Positions 7,780 through 18,201 of a stretch of 35,538 bases of DNA are shown one piece after another. The translations under genes were made by a program, and so were the position numbers. The stretch is from the sequence record SRR22947725_7213. The stretch is one strand, 5' to 3'. Position 1 is the stretch's first letter; every line of letters begins with the position of its first letter. Under the pieces are notes generated by a model. That model was not told the DNA's origin, searched no databases, and saw only the letters and a program-made list of their open reading frames with translations.

Positions 7780-9276
7780 TCACTTTACGAGGGGAAAAAG
7801 AACCGTCTCTCTGATTCCCAGCCCAGTAAGAGCCATCATCAGCCGGTCAATCCCCATGCCCATTCCGCCGGAGGGTGGCATACCGTGTTCGAGTGCGCGG
7901 AGGAAGTCTTCATCCACCCGCATCGCCTCCTCATCGCCTTTGGCGCCCAAACGAGCCTGCTCCACAAAGCGCTCCCGCTGAATGACAGGGTCAATGAGCT
8001 CTGAGTAGCCGGTCGCCAATTCAAAGCCTCGAACATAGAGGTCCCATTTTTCGACAACCCCAGGGCGCGAACGATGTTCTCTCACCAATGGCGAAGTGTC
8101 CACGGGGTAGTCCATGACGAAGGTGGGCGTCGTCAGGGAGTCAATAACAAAGTGCTCCCAGAGCTCCTCGACAAGTTTTCCATGGGTGGGTTGTGCGACT
8201 TCGATACCGACAGCCTTCGCCATCTTCTCCAACGTCACCATGTCTGTTTCAGGAGTAATTGTCGTACCGGAAGCCTCTGAGAGGCTCTCATAGAGCGAGA
8301 GGCGATCCCATGTCCCACCGAGGTCATGCTCACTCCCGTCAGCCCAGGTGACGGTGTGACTACCGGCGATAGCCATCGCCGCGTTCTGAATCATCTCCTG
8401 GGTCAAATCAGCCATCTGCTCGTAATCGCCATAGGCCTGATAGGCCTCGAGCATCGAAAACTCGGGGCTGTGGGTGGAATCAGCACCTTCGTTGCGGAAG
8501 TTGCGGTTAATTTCGAAAACGCGTTCCAGACCGCCCACCACCGCGCGCTTGAGGAATAGCTCTGGTGCAATCCGAAGATACAAATCAGTGCTGAACGCAT
8601 TGGAGTGGGTAACAAACGGTCTCGCCGTGGCGCCACCGTGCAGGGTCTGCAACATCGGAGTTTCGACTTCGAGGTAACCGTGGCCTTCAAAGGTGGCGCG
8701 AAGGGAGGAATTAACTCCAGCGCGCTGGCGCACTGTTTCACGGGCTTGGTCGCGAACAATCAGGTCCAGGTATCGCTGGCGCACTCGAGTTTCTTCGTTT
8801 AATTCTGAATGCAAATTCGGCAGGGGCATCAAGGCTTTCGACGCCACGGCCCACCCACTCGCCATAATCGAGAGCTCGCCCCGCTTGGATGCGATCACTT
8901 CGCCCTCCACAAAGAGATGGTCGCCCAGGTCCACCAGGTCTTTCAATGATTCATAGGACTCTTCGCCGACCTCACCAAAAGAAATCATGGCCTGCAAGCG
9001 CTCGCCCGAGCCTCCTTGAAGCGAGACAAAAGCTAATTTCCCGGTCACCCGCATGTGAACGATTCGTCCCGCGACCCCCACCCTTTCGCCGGTGGCCTGC
9101 TCGGGTTCCAGCTCAGGGTACTTCGCCCGAACCTCAGAAATTGTGGTGGTTACCCCCACAGACACGGGATAGGGGGCCACACCTTGCTCGAGCATTCGCG
9201 CACGCTTTTGGAGGCGGACCTCGAATTGTTCAGCGGAGTCACTAGCCTCGCCGGGTGGAACAGGTGAATCGGTCAT
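7780..9276 (-). CDS. lysS: Lysine--tRNA ligase (class II)
   Basis: OB-fold N-domain, YLRIAPELFLKR, FRNEG, HSPEFSMLEAY, GMGIDRL. Confidence 0.97.
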   Translation of the reverse strand: MTDSPVPPGEASDSAEQFEVRLQKRARMLEQGVAPYPVSVGVTTTISEVRAKYPELEPEQATGERVGVAGRIVHMRVTGKLAFVSLQGGSGERLQAMISFGEVGEESYESLKDLVDLGDHLFVEGEVIASKRGELSIMASGWAVASKALMPLPNLHSELNEETRVRQRYLDLIVRDQARETVRQRAGVNSSLRATFEGHGYLEVETPMLQTLHGGATARPFVTHSNAFSTDLYLRIAPELFLKRAVVGGLERVFEINRNFRNEGADSTHSPEFSMLEAYQAYGDYEQMADLTQEMIQNAAMAIAGSHTVTWADGSEHDLGGTWDRLSLYESLSEASGTTITPETDMVTLEKMAKAVGIEVAQPTHGKLVEELWEHFVIDSLTTPTFVMDYPVDTSPLVREHRSRPGVVEKWDLYVRGFELATGYSELIDPVIQRERFVEQARLGAKGDEEAMRVDEDFLRALEHGMPPSGGMGMGIDRLMMALTGLGIRETVLFPLVK

Positions 9277-9311
9277 AAGGCTCTTTCAACCAGGGTGATG
9301 TCCCCGCTAGC

Positions 9312-10169
9312 CTACTGACCAAATGTTAGGCGGGTGTTGTCGATAAGGCGGGTCCCCCCTATTGTCACCGCCACAATCATCCGAGCCTCGCCGCGATAGC
9401 CGGCCCCCTCGATAGGCAGAAAGGTTGCCAGGTCCACAGTCTCGAGATAGTCAATCTCCACACTTTCCTGGCCCACCAGGGTATCCCGCGCTTCAGCGCG
9501 GGCGCTTTCTAGGTCTCTCGCCTGAGCAGCAGCAGCGAGGGCGCGAAATATCACCCGCGCACGGGCGCGGTCTTGTGGCGAAAGATAGGCATTCCTGCTG
9601 GACAGAGCCACCCCGTCTCTGTCACGCACCGTTTCGACCGGCAACAGGGTAACGGGGAGGAGCTCCCGCTTCACCATCTGGGTGACAAGAAACAATTGCT
9701 GGGCGTCTTTTTGCCCCATAACGAGGACGTGTGGGTGGACAATATCAAGCAACCTCTTCACCACGGTGAGCATCCCGCCAAAGTGGCCCGGGCGTTCTGC
9801 CCCCTCAAAGAGCGCGCCGATTTCTCCCGCGTCAATCCCTGGGGCGCGCTCTTTCCCTTCGGGATAGATGTCTGCCTCCAAGGGAGCAAAAATCACATCC
9901 ACGCCCGCCTCTTCCAGGAAACCGGCATCCGAAGCGAGATCTCTGGGGTACTGTTCAAAATCTTCTCCCTGACCAAACTGCAAAGGGTTCACATAAATAC
10001 TGACCACGACCCGATCGGCGTGGGCGGCAGCCTCGGTGACAAGTTTCTTGTGACCTTCGTGAAGGGCTCCCATGGTGGGCACGAAAGCGATGGTGTGTCC
10101 TAATTCCCGCCAGCGTGCAACCTGCGCAGAAAGCTCAGTGGCTGAAGAAATGATGGCCGGGGTGGTCAT
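9312..10169 (-). CDS. panC: Pantoate--beta-alanine ligase
   Basis: FVPTMGALHEGH, VNPLQF, RPGHF, GQKDAQQ, ALSSRN, RLIDN. Confidence 0.95.
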   Translation of the reverse strand: MTTPAIISSATELSAQVARWRELGHTIAFVPTMGALHEGHKKLVTEAAAHADRVVVSIYVNPLQFGQGEDFEQYPRDLASDAGFLEEAGVDVIFAPLEADIYPEGKERAPGIDAGEIGALFEGAERPGHFGGMLTVVKRLLDIVHPHVLVMGQKDAQQLFLVTQMVKRELLPVTLLPVETVRDRDGVALSSRNAYLSPQDRARARVIFRALAAAAQARDLESARAEARDTLVGQESVEIDYLETVDLATFLPIEGAGYRGEARMIVAVTIGGTRLIDNTRLTFGQ

Positions 10170-10867
10170 TCCCCGCCGCCTTCAACATCGTTGCCTGACA
10201 CGCCACGAAGCGCATTTTCCACACTCGAGCCCACCAGCGCAGCCATCACAACCCCGGGATTGGCAATTCCTGCCAGGCGCAGCCGGTCTGCCGCTTCGGT
10301 GATGGTCGTATGGGAAAAGCTGGTGGCCAATGCCACCGCTGAGGCTATGTGACTACGGTGTTCTTCTGCCACCACCAGGGGTTCCATCCCCATTTCCACC
10401 GCGAGTGCGTGGGCTATCGGCGACGCAACGGCAGGCGCCGATACCACGCACCACGCACCAGTCATCTTTGCCACATCCATGCTCCATCCACTGAACTCCA
10501 TCAGCGGGTGAAGGCCAACGGGTATCACACCCTGCGCAAGGGCTGGTTTCAGAACCTCCAGGCCGTGAACAATCGAGGTGTGTGCCACAATCTGGCCCGC
10601 AACAAAACCGCCCGAGCCCGCCATACCCTCGATGAATCCTGGCAATTGGTCATCGGGCAGCGCCAAAAGAACAAGTTCACTTCGTTCACAAATGTCGTGT
10701 GGGCTTAGAAAGGGCACTCCCGGCAACATCGCGCTGACTCGCTCGCCATCGGCACCAGGCGGGGTAATCCCCACAATGCTGTGTCCCGCCCCGGCAAGGG
10801 CTAAGGCGAGGACGGGTCCTACTTTCCCAGCGCCAATAACGCCAACACCCAAGCGTGAGGGGTCCAT
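10166..10867 (-). CDS. Rossmann-like/DUF2520 oxidoreductase (PanG-like candidate ketopantoate reductase)
   Basis: GVIGAGKVG dinucleotide-binding motif, HTS, LHPLMEF. Directly upstream of panC. Start coupled to the upstream stop (GTGATG). Confidence 0.75.
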   Translation of the reverse strand: MDPSRLGVGVIGAGKVGPVLALALAGAGHSIVGITPPGADGERVSAMLPGVPFLSPHDICERSELVLLALPDDQLPGFIEGMAGSGGFVAGQIVAHTSIVHGLEVLKPALAQGVIPVGLHPLMEFSGWSMDVAKMTGAWCVVSAPAVASPIAHALAVEMGMEPLVVAEEHRSHIASAVALATSFSHTTITEAADRLRLAGIANPGVVMAALVGSSVENALRGVSGNDVEGGGE

Positions 10868-12330
10868 CACGATGAAACCTTCTCGTGTGGGGTGGGGCTC
10901 GCTTGATGAAGCGCTTGCGTAATGGCGAGATTGACACCCTCCCACCACGAAACGGCTTCTGTGGCATCCATTCCCGAAACCCGCAGCTTAATTGGGCCAG
11001 AAACGCTCTGAAGCTCTAGGCGGGTCAGGCCCAGTGCACGGTGCCACGGGCCTTCGGACACGCTGACACTTTGCACTCGCATCAGCGGGGTGATGCTCAC
11101 CCGCGCAACAGCGCGGCCCCGGCGCAAAAGAACTGACTGGGACTGAAGGATCGCGCCGGTGAGGTGGGCAGAAAAGGGGATGCGCCACTGTGCTCGCGGA
11201 GGACAAACCAAAGAACCCGGTTTCGCCCACACCGAACGGGTGTCCTTCAGCATGCTTTCCACCAGCGTATGGGTCCCCGTCTCAAAAAGGTCGGGCATGC
11301 CCAAGGCCACCACTTTGATTACCTCCGCGGTTGTTGCCACGGGCAAGATCACCGTATGCGCTGGGGCCTTGGTGTCGGTCGCTCCCGGCTGCGACGCCAG
11401 GTTTGCGTTCAGCCGCCACCAGCCAAAGAATTTCCACGCCCACGGCTGACTGAGTTCGAGGGAGTGGATTCTCTCGGGGGGAATAGTCTCCACCGAGGTG
11501 GAGAGCAGCCCCAGAGAGACACGGATATCTCCTTCGAGTGAATCGATCACGAAGTTTCCCGAGCGAATCATGCGCTCACCGAGGTACACCACATACACAA
11601 AGAGCGCCAACACTAACGCCAACCACACCGCCATCTCCCCTGCCCAGACGGCAAAAATGGTGACACCGGTGATGACCACAAACAAGAGCACCGTTTCAAC
11701 GCTTACGACCAAAGCGGCAAGATAACGAAAGAGGGGGACCTCCACTTCCCGTTGAATTTCTTCCTCGTTGTGTTCCTGATGGACTCCCCCATCACCGGCG
11801 AGAATCATGCGCCGCAAGTCCTGCGCAACGCGAATAGGAAGGTAGGCGAGAACGACGCTGGCGTCATTCCCAGCGGCTTGAATATCAAGCTTTGCTAAGC
11901 CCAAAAGCCGGGGAATCAGAGGGCGGCGAACCCCGATGGTGTTGATCCGGTCAAGCCTCGCGCGTCGGGAAGACTTCACGAGCAGCCCGCGCTTGACCTC
12001 GATCATGTCAGCATCCATCTTGACCACGTGGACTCGCCACTGAAGCCAAAACTCGAGAACAAGCGCCACCACCACCAGCACCGCCCCGAAGGCAATCCAC
12101 CCGAGTGACTGACCGACAAGCTCCCACAATCGGGAATCAGGACCTTCGTCAGCAACGCCGAAAAACTGCAGAAACGTGGGAAGGATGATGCTCTCCCACA
12201 GGACGGCAAGAGCTGCGGTCAATATGGCGAGAAGCGCAACACCGCCCTGTAATACCGGGGTCAAAGGGTGCAGGCGATGCCAGCGACCATCACCAACCTC
12301 GGAGGCATCGCGAAGAGTGTGAGTGCGCAC
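10867..12330 (-). CDS. Bacterial PH-domain membrane protein (YdbT-like)
   Basis: WHRLHPLTP N-terminus, TM pairs alternating with three bPH_2-like repeats (e.g. RVQSVSVSEGPWHRALGL). Confidence 0.8.
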   Translation of the reverse strand: MRTHTLRDASEVGDGRWHRLHPLTPVLQGGVALLAILTAALAVLWESIILPTFLQFFGVADEGPDSRLWELVGQSLGWIAFGAVLVVVALVLEFWLQWRVHVVKMDADMIEVKRGLLVKSSRRARLDRINTIGVRRPLIPRLLGLAKLDIQAAGNDASVVLAYLPIRVAQDLRRMILAGDGGVHQEHNEEEIQREVEVPLFRYLAALVVSVETVLLFVVITGVTIFAVWAGEMAVWLALVLALFVYVVYLGERMIRSGNFVIDSLEGDIRVSLGLLSTSVETIPPERIHSLELSQPWAWKFFGWWRLNANLASQPGATDTKAPAHTVILPVATTAEVIKVVALGMPDLFETGTHTLVESMLKDTRSVWAKPGSLVCPPRAQWRIPFSAHLTGAILQSQSVLLRRGRAVARVSITPLMRVQSVSVSEGPWHRALGLTRLELQSVSGPIKLRVSGMDATEAVSWWEGVNLAITQALHQASPTPHEKVSS

Positions 12331-12812
12331 TAGAGACCGGCTCGGCGCGTTTCCGCCAGCGCAATGAGGTGGTCCCTGAGTTCTTCGGCGGTGTCTGCGG
12401 GTAATCCCGGGATGCTCACACCTGTTGACGCGGCAGCGGTCACCAAGCTCAGCTTGGACAACCCCAAAATTCGAGCTACCGGCCCACGGCCAACATCCAC
12501 CAACTGCAATCGGCCATAGGGCACCGCCACCAGTCGTTGGAAAAAAATGCCCCGGCGAAACACCAGATCATCATCGCGGAGGGCATAGCCAATCGCCTTC
12601 ACGCGTCGGGGAACAAAGGCCACGCTCACCACAGCGACAATCGCCACTCCCACCAGCGCAACCCAAGACCACACACTGAGGCTCCCCAGCGATACCCATA
12701 GTGGAACCGTTGAAGCTGCGAGGGGAATGAGAAACCCCATGCCTGTCAAGACCATCAGCTCCCGCTGATAGAGGGGACTGATGGTGCGCCACGAAGTTTC
12801 TGGTTCCCTCAC
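12330..12812 (-). CDS. Bacterial PH-domain membrane protein (YdbS-like)
   Basis: Two TM segments, then YALRDDDLVFRRG...VPYGRLQLVDV..GP...TAA...IPGL. Confidence 0.85.
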   Translation of the reverse strand: MREPETSWRTISPLYQRELMVLTGMGFLIPLAASTVPLWVSLGSLSVWSWVALVGVAIVAVVSVAFVPRRVKAIGYALRDDDLVFRRGIFFQRLVAVPYGRLQLVDVGRGPVARILGLSKLSLVTAAASTGVSIPGLPADTAEELRDHLIALAETRRAGL

Positions 12813-13282
12813 GAGCGTTCTCCTTCTAGTCCTTGACTACCGGTGTCCTCGGGTGGGTAGGCGCACCACCGCTCCGCCACAAGGGCGCCGGCCATTAAGA
12901 CTAGAGCGCCAAGCAGGGCAAACCCGACCGACCACAACGCAGGAGCGGACACCACGGGGCGGGAGAGAAAGAACACTCCCACACCCAGTGCGCCACCGGC
13001 TAACCCCGAACCGGAAACCGCGCTTGCCTTAGCCAGCAGGAGAACGCGGGTTGCGTAGAGAGGGTCAATCAGGCTGGTCTTCACCTGGCGGGTCACGCTC
13101 TGTCGAACAGGCCAGGCAAGTGAAAGAACAATTCCGCCCAGGAGGAGCAGCGTTGCGCCCCAGGTGATGGGGGGAATCAGTGCGTTCTCACCGAGGCGCG
13201 TTGCCACCCACTGCCCCAGACCCACCACTACAGCGCCCGAGAGGGCAAAGATGACAAGGGTTGACAGCTTGGTGAAGGTCAT
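12809..13282 (-). CDS. DUF3180-family membrane protein
   Basis: Four TM segments, LAKAS and AERWC..PPED motifs, usual position after folK. ATG 13282 overlaps the folK stop (TAATG). Confidence 0.8.
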   Translation of the reverse strand: MTFTKLSTLVIFALSGAVVVGLGQWVATRLGENALIPPITWGATLLLLGGIVLSLAWPVRQSVTRQVKTSLIDPLYATRVLLLAKASAVSGSGLAGGALGVGVFFLSRPVVSAPALWSVGFALLGALVLMAGALVAERWCAYPPEDTGSQGLEGERS

Positions 13283-13773
13283 TACCCATCCTGGGGAAGC
13301 GCCAACAGTAGCTCCTGGGCGGACCCCAGCCCAGGGATCGTTGCTGCGGCGTCGATTTCTAGCCAAGGTTCGAGGACGAAAGACCGCTGGTGGGCTCTCG
13401 GGTGGGGGAGAGTCAGAAACTCTGTCTCCTGCATCATCTCGCCATAGGTAATGAGGTCGAGGTCCAGGGTTCGATCGGCATATCGCTCCCCCGTCCGCAC
13501 TCGACCGTGAGCCTGCTCAATCTCGAGCAATTTCTCCAGAGTCTTCTCCGGTGACCAAGCCGACTCGAGCAAGATCACCTGATTCACATAGCCCGGCGCG
13601 GAAGCGTCATACCCTTTGCTCGTCAAGGCAACTGTTTCGTGCAGGGAAGACGCTTGAGTCACCGTAAATCCTTCGACAGCGCGAACATCCGCAAGTGCTT
13701 GAAACGCAACGTGTTCCCGGTCACCCATGTTGGTCCCCAATGCCACCACGCAGTATGCCCAGCCGTTTCTCAC
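13282..13773 (-). CDS. folK: 2-amino-4-hydroxy-6-hydroxymethyldihydropteridine diphosphokinase
   Basis: ALGTNMGDR, YVNQV, RTLDLDLI, LPHPRAHQRSFVLEP. Confidence 0.93.
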   Translation of the reverse strand: MRNGWAYCVVALGTNMGDREHVAFQALADVRAVEGFTVTQASSLHETVALTSKGYDASAPGYVNQVILLESAWSPEKTLEKLLEIEQAHGRVRTGERYADRTLDLDLITYGEMMQETEFLTLPHPRAHQRSFVLEPWLEIDAAATIPGLGSAQELLLALPQDG

Positions 13774-14141
13774 GAAACTTCACCCCGCTCTCGACGCATC
13801 GATACGGCGGAATCTCCCACCACTACGGGCATCGGCGCCTGGGGCTTATGAATGGTAACGGTGGCGGCGTGGGCTGAAGAAAAACCGAGCGCCACCCGAA
13901 TCAGTCGCAGGCAGAGTGTTTCCAGAAGGTTCACCGGATTCTGGCCCGCATCGACAGAAATGGCTTCTGCCAGCGCTCCGTAATCGATAGCGTCAGCCAC
14001 ATCATCGGAAGCGGCGGCAGGACCCATGTCGTATTCGACCTCAACGTCAATCACGAAGGTTTGACCATCGCGACGCTCCGACAGAAACACGCCGTGATGG
14101 GCAAAAACTTCAATGCCCTCTAACCGAATCACGTCAGCCAC
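13770..14141 (-). CDS. folB: Dihydroneopterin aldolase
   Basis: HHGVFLSER..GQTF, IDYG, NLLET, HKPQAP. GTG 14141 is preceded by AAGGAGG. Confidence 0.92.
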   Translation of the reverse strand: MADVIRLEGIEVFAHHGVFLSERRDGQTFVIDVEVEYDMGPAAASDDVADAIDYGALAEAISVDAGQNPVNLLETLCLRLIRVALGFSSAHAATVTIHKPQAPMPVVVGDSAVSMRRERGEVS

Positions 14142-14955
14142 GCAGACCTCCTTGATGAAAAGCCTGCCAGACATCGAGGGCGTGAGTTTGCGCGGCGACG
14201 TTATGCACTCGCAGCACCCCCACTCCCTTCTCGGCGAGTAACACGCCCAGGTGCGCTGTAGAGGCATCGCGTTCCTGGACCCCATGGCCCTCTGGCAATA
14301 GCTCTCCCAAGAATCGCTTGCGTGATGCGCCCACTAACACGCGGTAGCCGGCAGGAATTGCCTCTTCCAGTTGGGCGAGAAGCTCCCAGTTGTGCTGGGA
14401 GGTTTTAGCAAAACCGAGGCCGGGATCAAGAATGATGTTCTCAGCGGCGATTCCCGCCGCTAAGGCCGCCGCCACTCGCTGCGCGAGCGCTTCCCGCACT
14501 TCATTCACGACGTCGTCATACACGGCGACAGAATCCATTTCTTGACTGTGGGCTCTCCAGTGCATCAGGACGACGTTGCAGCCCTCGAGGGCCATCATCG
14601 GGAGCATCTTCTCGTCTGCCATCCCCCCCGATACATCGTTGATGATGGTGGCGCCAGCCGCCCGCGCTTTGAGGGCCGTATCCGCCCACATCGTGTCAAT
14701 GCTCACAGGGATGCCCTGGGTGGTCAGTTCGGTGATCACCGGTAACACCCTGGCCTGCTCGCTCTCCACGTCAACCCGTGAAGCTCCAGGCCTGGTGGAT
14801 TCACCCCCCACATCAATCACCGACGCGCCCTGAGACATCATGTCGTGTGCGCGGGTGACTGCGCGATCAAGAGCGAAGTAATCGCCACCATCACTAAAGG
14901 AATCAGGGGTGACATTGAGCACCCCCCACACTTCGGGTCGCCGGTGGAGGCTCAC
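14134..14955 (-). CDS. folP: Dihydropteroate synthase
   Basis: GVLNVTPDSFSDGG, DVGGESTRPG, LDPGLGFAK, SRKRF, RVHNV. Confidence 0.96.
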   Translation of the reverse strand: MSLHRRPEVWGVLNVTPDSFSDGGDYFALDRAVTRAHDMMSQGASVIDVGGESTRPGASRVDVESEQARVLPVITELTTQGIPVSIDTMWADTALKARAAGATIINDVSGGMADEKMLPMMALEGCNVVLMHWRAHSQEMDSVAVYDDVVNEVREALAQRVAAALAAGIAAENIILDPGLGFAKTSQHNWELLAQLEEAIPAGYRVLVGASRKRFLGELLPEGHGVQERDASTAHLGVLLAEKGVGVLRVHNVAAQTHALDVWQAFHQGGLRG

Positions 14956-15527
14956 GCCCAGTCGTCTCCGCCAACCAAGAGAAGTGCTTCATGACGGGCT
15001 TCGCCCGCCGATAAGGTCCCCTCGCTTGCCACAGTGACCGTTGTCAAGGCTTGTTTGGGCCCGCGGAAGCGAACGCAACCGTGGGTTGCCGACACCAACA
15101 CCAGCGCGCCTGCCGCCACCTCGGATTCCACCAGAGCATTCGCCACCGTCTCGCCCAGCCGCTCTTGAAGCTGCGGTCGCGCAGCACTGACCTCGACTAA
15201 CTTTGCCAGCGTCCCAAGTCCCAAAATTCCTGCCGCAGGTTGATAAACAACGTGGGCGGTGCCCTCAAAGGGAAGGAGGTGGTGCTCGCATAGGGAATGG
15301 AAGGAAATATCGCGCAAGGCAACAAGCTCGCCGCGTTCATTCTCATCACTGACCAGTGGCTTCGCCTCACGAATGACCGAGAGAGGGTCCACCCCTACGC
15401 CGGAATACAGGTCGGCGAACAATTCAGCGACACGATCCGGCGTGCTGTTCAAGCCTTCCCTCGCTGGATCTTCCCCCACCGCGACCAAAATGCTGCGGAC
15501 GGCTTGGCGGATTGCTTCGCTATCCAC
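14952..15527 (-). CDS. folE: GTP cyclohydrolase I
   Basis: [33 protein letters not shown]. Start moved to GTG 15527, overlapping the end of ftsH. Confidence 0.9.
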   Translation of the reverse strand: MDSEAIRQAVRSILVAVGEDPAREGLNSTPDRVAELFADLYSGVGVDPLSVIREAKPLVSDENERGELVALRDISFHSLCEHHLLPFEGTAHVVYQPAAGILGLGTLAKLVEVSAARPQLQERLGETVANALVESEVAAGALVLVSATHGCVRFRGPKQALTTVTVASEGTLSAGEARHEALLLVGGDDWA

Positions 15528-17541
15528 CAGAGCCCTTGGCGGGTGGGGCCTGCACGGCAGCTTTCTTTGCCGGGGCTTTTTTGGCCGGCGCGCGCTTGGC
15601 CGGAGCCTTTGTTGCACGCGTGACCTTCTTCGCCGGCATCGCGGCAGGTCCGGCTGCCGAGACAGGACGGGCCTTGCTCGAGAGCCACTGAGGGCGCTCG
15701 GGCAGCTTCTTCACTTTCTCAAAAATTACCGCGAGTTGTTTGTGATCCAGTGTTTCTTTTTCCAAAAGCTCCGTCGCAAGGCGGTCCAGAATGGCGCGGT
15801 TTTGGTTCAACACTTTCCAGGCTTCGGTGTGGGCGTGATCGATAAGGTTTCGCACCTGAACATCCACCATCTCGGCCACCGATTCGGAGTAGTCCCGCTG
15901 GTGGCCCATATCGCGTCCCAAGAACACTTCTCCACTGGATTGGCCCAGTTTCACCGCTCCCACGGTCGCGCTCATGCCATATTCAGTCACCATTCGGCGA
16001 GCGATAGACGTGGCCTTGTCGATGTCGTTGGAGGCCCCCGTGGTGGGGTCGTGGAAGACAAGCTCTTCAGCAACCCGGCCACCCATGGCATACGTGAGCT
16101 GGTCGAGCAGCTCGTTGCGGGTTATGGAGTACTTATCACCCAGGGGCATCACCATCGTGTACCCCAGGGCGCGGCCTCGGGGAAGAATGGTCACTTTGGT
16201 CACCGGGTCGGTGTTGCGCATCGCTGCGGCTGCCAACGCGTGTCCGCCCTCGTGATACGCCGTGATTTGCCGCTCTTTGTCGCTCATCACGCGGGTCCGT
16301 CGTTGCGGCCCCGCCATCACGCGATCCACGGCCTCATCCAGCGTGACATCGGTGATTTTCTTCCCATTTTCGCGGGCGGTCAAGAGGGCAGCCTCGTTTA
16401 AGACGTTAGCCAAATCGGCACCGGTAAAACCCGGGGTTTTCCGGGCCAATACCGCTAAATCGACGCCCTTCGCCATGGGTTTGCCTTTAGCGTGAACTTC
16501 CAGAATCTTCTGGCGGCCCTTCATATCTGGAGCATCGACCTGAATCTGGCGGTCAAAGCGGCCCGGGCGCAAAAGGGCAGGGTCCAAAATGTCGGGCCGG
16601 TTGGTGGCGGCAATCATGATGACGTTGGTTTTAGGGTCAAACCCGTCCATTTCGACCAGGAGCTGATTCAGGGTCTGCTCCCGCTCGTCGTGACCCCCAC
16701 CCATGCCGGCGCCGCGGTGGCGGCCCACAGCATCGATTTCGTCCACGAAAATAATGGCGGGTGAATTTTCTTTGGCTTCTTTGAAGAGGTCTCGAACTCT
16801 CGAGGCACCCACACCAACAAACATTTCCACGAAGTCTGAACCAGAAATGGCATAGAAAGGAACGTCAGCCTCGCCCGCAACAGCGCGCGCAAGAAGAGTT
16901 TTTCCGGTTCCGGGTGGGCCATAGAGCAGCACACCCTTCGGGATTCGTGCGCCTAGTTTTTGGAACTTCTCGGCGTCTTGCAGAAATTCCTTGATTTCAT
17001 GGAGCTCTTCGATAGCTTCGTCCGCGCCGGCAACATCATCGAAGGTAACGGTAGAGGTTTCCTTCGAAACCAACTTGGCTTTGGATTTGCCAAACTGCAT
17101 CACTCGGGAGCCACCGCCCTGCATGCTGCTGAGGAGGAACCAGAAAATGACGCCGATGAGCAAGAAGGGAATGACGAAACCCAAGAGCGACACAAACCAG
17201 TTGGTTTGGGGGACCTCGTCGGTAAATTCGGTCACATCAGAGTTGTTCACGGCTGCGACGATTTCATCGCCCCGAGGAGAGACGTAATAAAACTGAACCT
17301 GGGTGCCCTCACCCTGGAAACTTTGACGCAACTCGAGGTCAACGCGTTGTTCGCCATCGATAATGGTGGCTTTTTCCACCTGGTTATCTTGCAGAAGCTC
17401 GAGCCCCTCTTGGGTGGACACGGGCCTAAAGCCTCCCGCAGTGAGGAGCGAGATACCCAAAACGACCACACCCACCCCGACCAGAATGTAGGGAAGCGGG
17501 CCCTTAAGCAGAGCTTTCAAAGTTGGTCGTTTCGTGGCCAT
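15520..17541 (-). CDS. ftsH: ATP-dependent zinc metalloprotease FtsH
   Basis: Two TM segments, GPPGTGKT, second region of homology ([10 protein letters not shown]), HEGGH zinc motif, PAKK-rich tail. Confidence 0.97.
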   Translation of the reverse strand: MATKRPTLKALLKGPLPYILVGVGVVVLGISLLTAGGFRPVSTQEGLELLQDNQVEKATIIDGEQRVDLELRQSFQGEGTQVQFYYVSPRGDEIVAAVNNSDVTEFTDEVPQTNWFVSLLGFVIPFLLIGVIFWFLLSSMQGGGSRVMQFGKSKAKLVSKETSTVTFDDVAGADEAIEELHEIKEFLQDAEKFQKLGARIPKGVLLYGPPGTGKTLLARAVAGEADVPFYAISGSDFVEMFVGVGASRVRDLFKEAKENSPAIIFVDEIDAVGRHRGAGMGGGHDEREQTLNQLLVEMDGFDPKTNVIMIAATNRPDILDPALLRPGRFDRQIQVDAPDMKGRQKILEVHAKGKPMAKGVDLAVLARKTPGFTGADLANVLNEAALLTARENGKKITDVTLDEAVDRVMAGPQRRTRVMSDKERQITAYHEGGHALAAAAMRNTDPVTKVTILPRGRALGYTMVMPLGDKYSITRNELLDQLTYAMGGRVAEELVFHDPTTGASNDIDKATSIARRMVTEYGMSATVGAVKLGQSSGEVFLGRDMGHQRDYSESVAEMVDVQVRNLIDHAHTEAWKVLNQNRAILDRLATELLEKETLDHKQLAVIFEKVKKLPERPQWLSSKARPVSAAGPAAMPAKKVTRATKAPAKRAPAKKAPAKKAAVQAPPAKGSGG

Positions 17542-17586
17542 TGTGGCTCAAGGGACCTTTCCGGGACAGGGTTGCGCGAAGCCACA

Positions 17587-17635
17587 AGGCTAGCGCGTGT
17601 CACGCACGCGCGCCGAAATGTTCGCCCCGGGCAAA
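17587..17635 (-). promoter_or_regulatory. Putative ClgR-like site plus -10 box (internal ftsH promoter)
   Basis: Sense strand TTTGC-CCGGG-GCGAACA (17619-17635), then 26 nt, then TAGCCT (17587-17592). Same geometry as the clpC promoter. Confidence 0.55.
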
Positions 17636-17640
17636 GGGCG

Positions 17641-18201
17641 CTACGCTCCGTCGCTATAGACGCTGGGGTTGAGGACACCGACGCCTTTAAGGTTTCGATA
17701 CCTCTCAGCAAAATCGAGCCCGTATCCCACCACAAACTCGTTGGGAATATCAAAGCCCAGGTAGTCAATGGGCACATCGACCGACATGGCGTCAGGCTTG
17801 CGCAACAGGCTGGCCACCCTGATGGATGCAGCTCCCCTCGAAGCAAAGTTTTCCAGCAGCCAGCTCAGCGTGACGCCCGAATCCACAATGTCTTCGACGA
17901 TGACGACGTGTCGGCCCTCCAAAGAGGAATCCAAATCTTTCAAGATTCTCACTACGCCACTGGATTTGGTGGAGCGGCCATAACTGGACACCGCCATCCA
18001 ATCCATTTCCACGTCGATAGTGAGCTCTCTCGCGAGATCGGCCATCACCATGACAGCGCCCTTGAGCACCCCCACCATCAAAGGCCTCTTGCCGGAGAGG
18101 TCTGCCTCGATTTCGCGAGCCATCCGCGCGAGACCTTCTGCAATCTGTTCAGCCGTTACGACGACGGAAACAATGTCAGAGCCTGCATCCTCAAAGTCCA
18201 C
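17641..18201 (-). CDS. hpt: Hypoxanthine phosphoribosyltransferase
   Basis: VLKGA, VSSYG, VVIVEDIVDSGVTL PRPP-binding motif, FVVGYGLD. Confidence 0.96.
   Translation of the reverse strand: MDFEDAGSDIVSVVVTAEQIAEGLARMAREIEADLSGKRPLMVGVLKGAVMVMADLARELTIDVEMDWMAVSSYGRSTKSSGVVRILKDLDSSLEGRHVVIVEDIVDSGVTLSWLLENFASRGAASIRVASLLRKPDAMSVDVPIDYLGFDIPNEFVVGYGLDFAERYRNLKGVGVLNPSVYSDGA

Noticed and set aside
7418..8004. Track ORFs 7418-7711 and 7708-8004
   Set aside because: Wrong frames. The region is better explained by the ORFs at 7485-7589 and 7602-7778 and by lysS.
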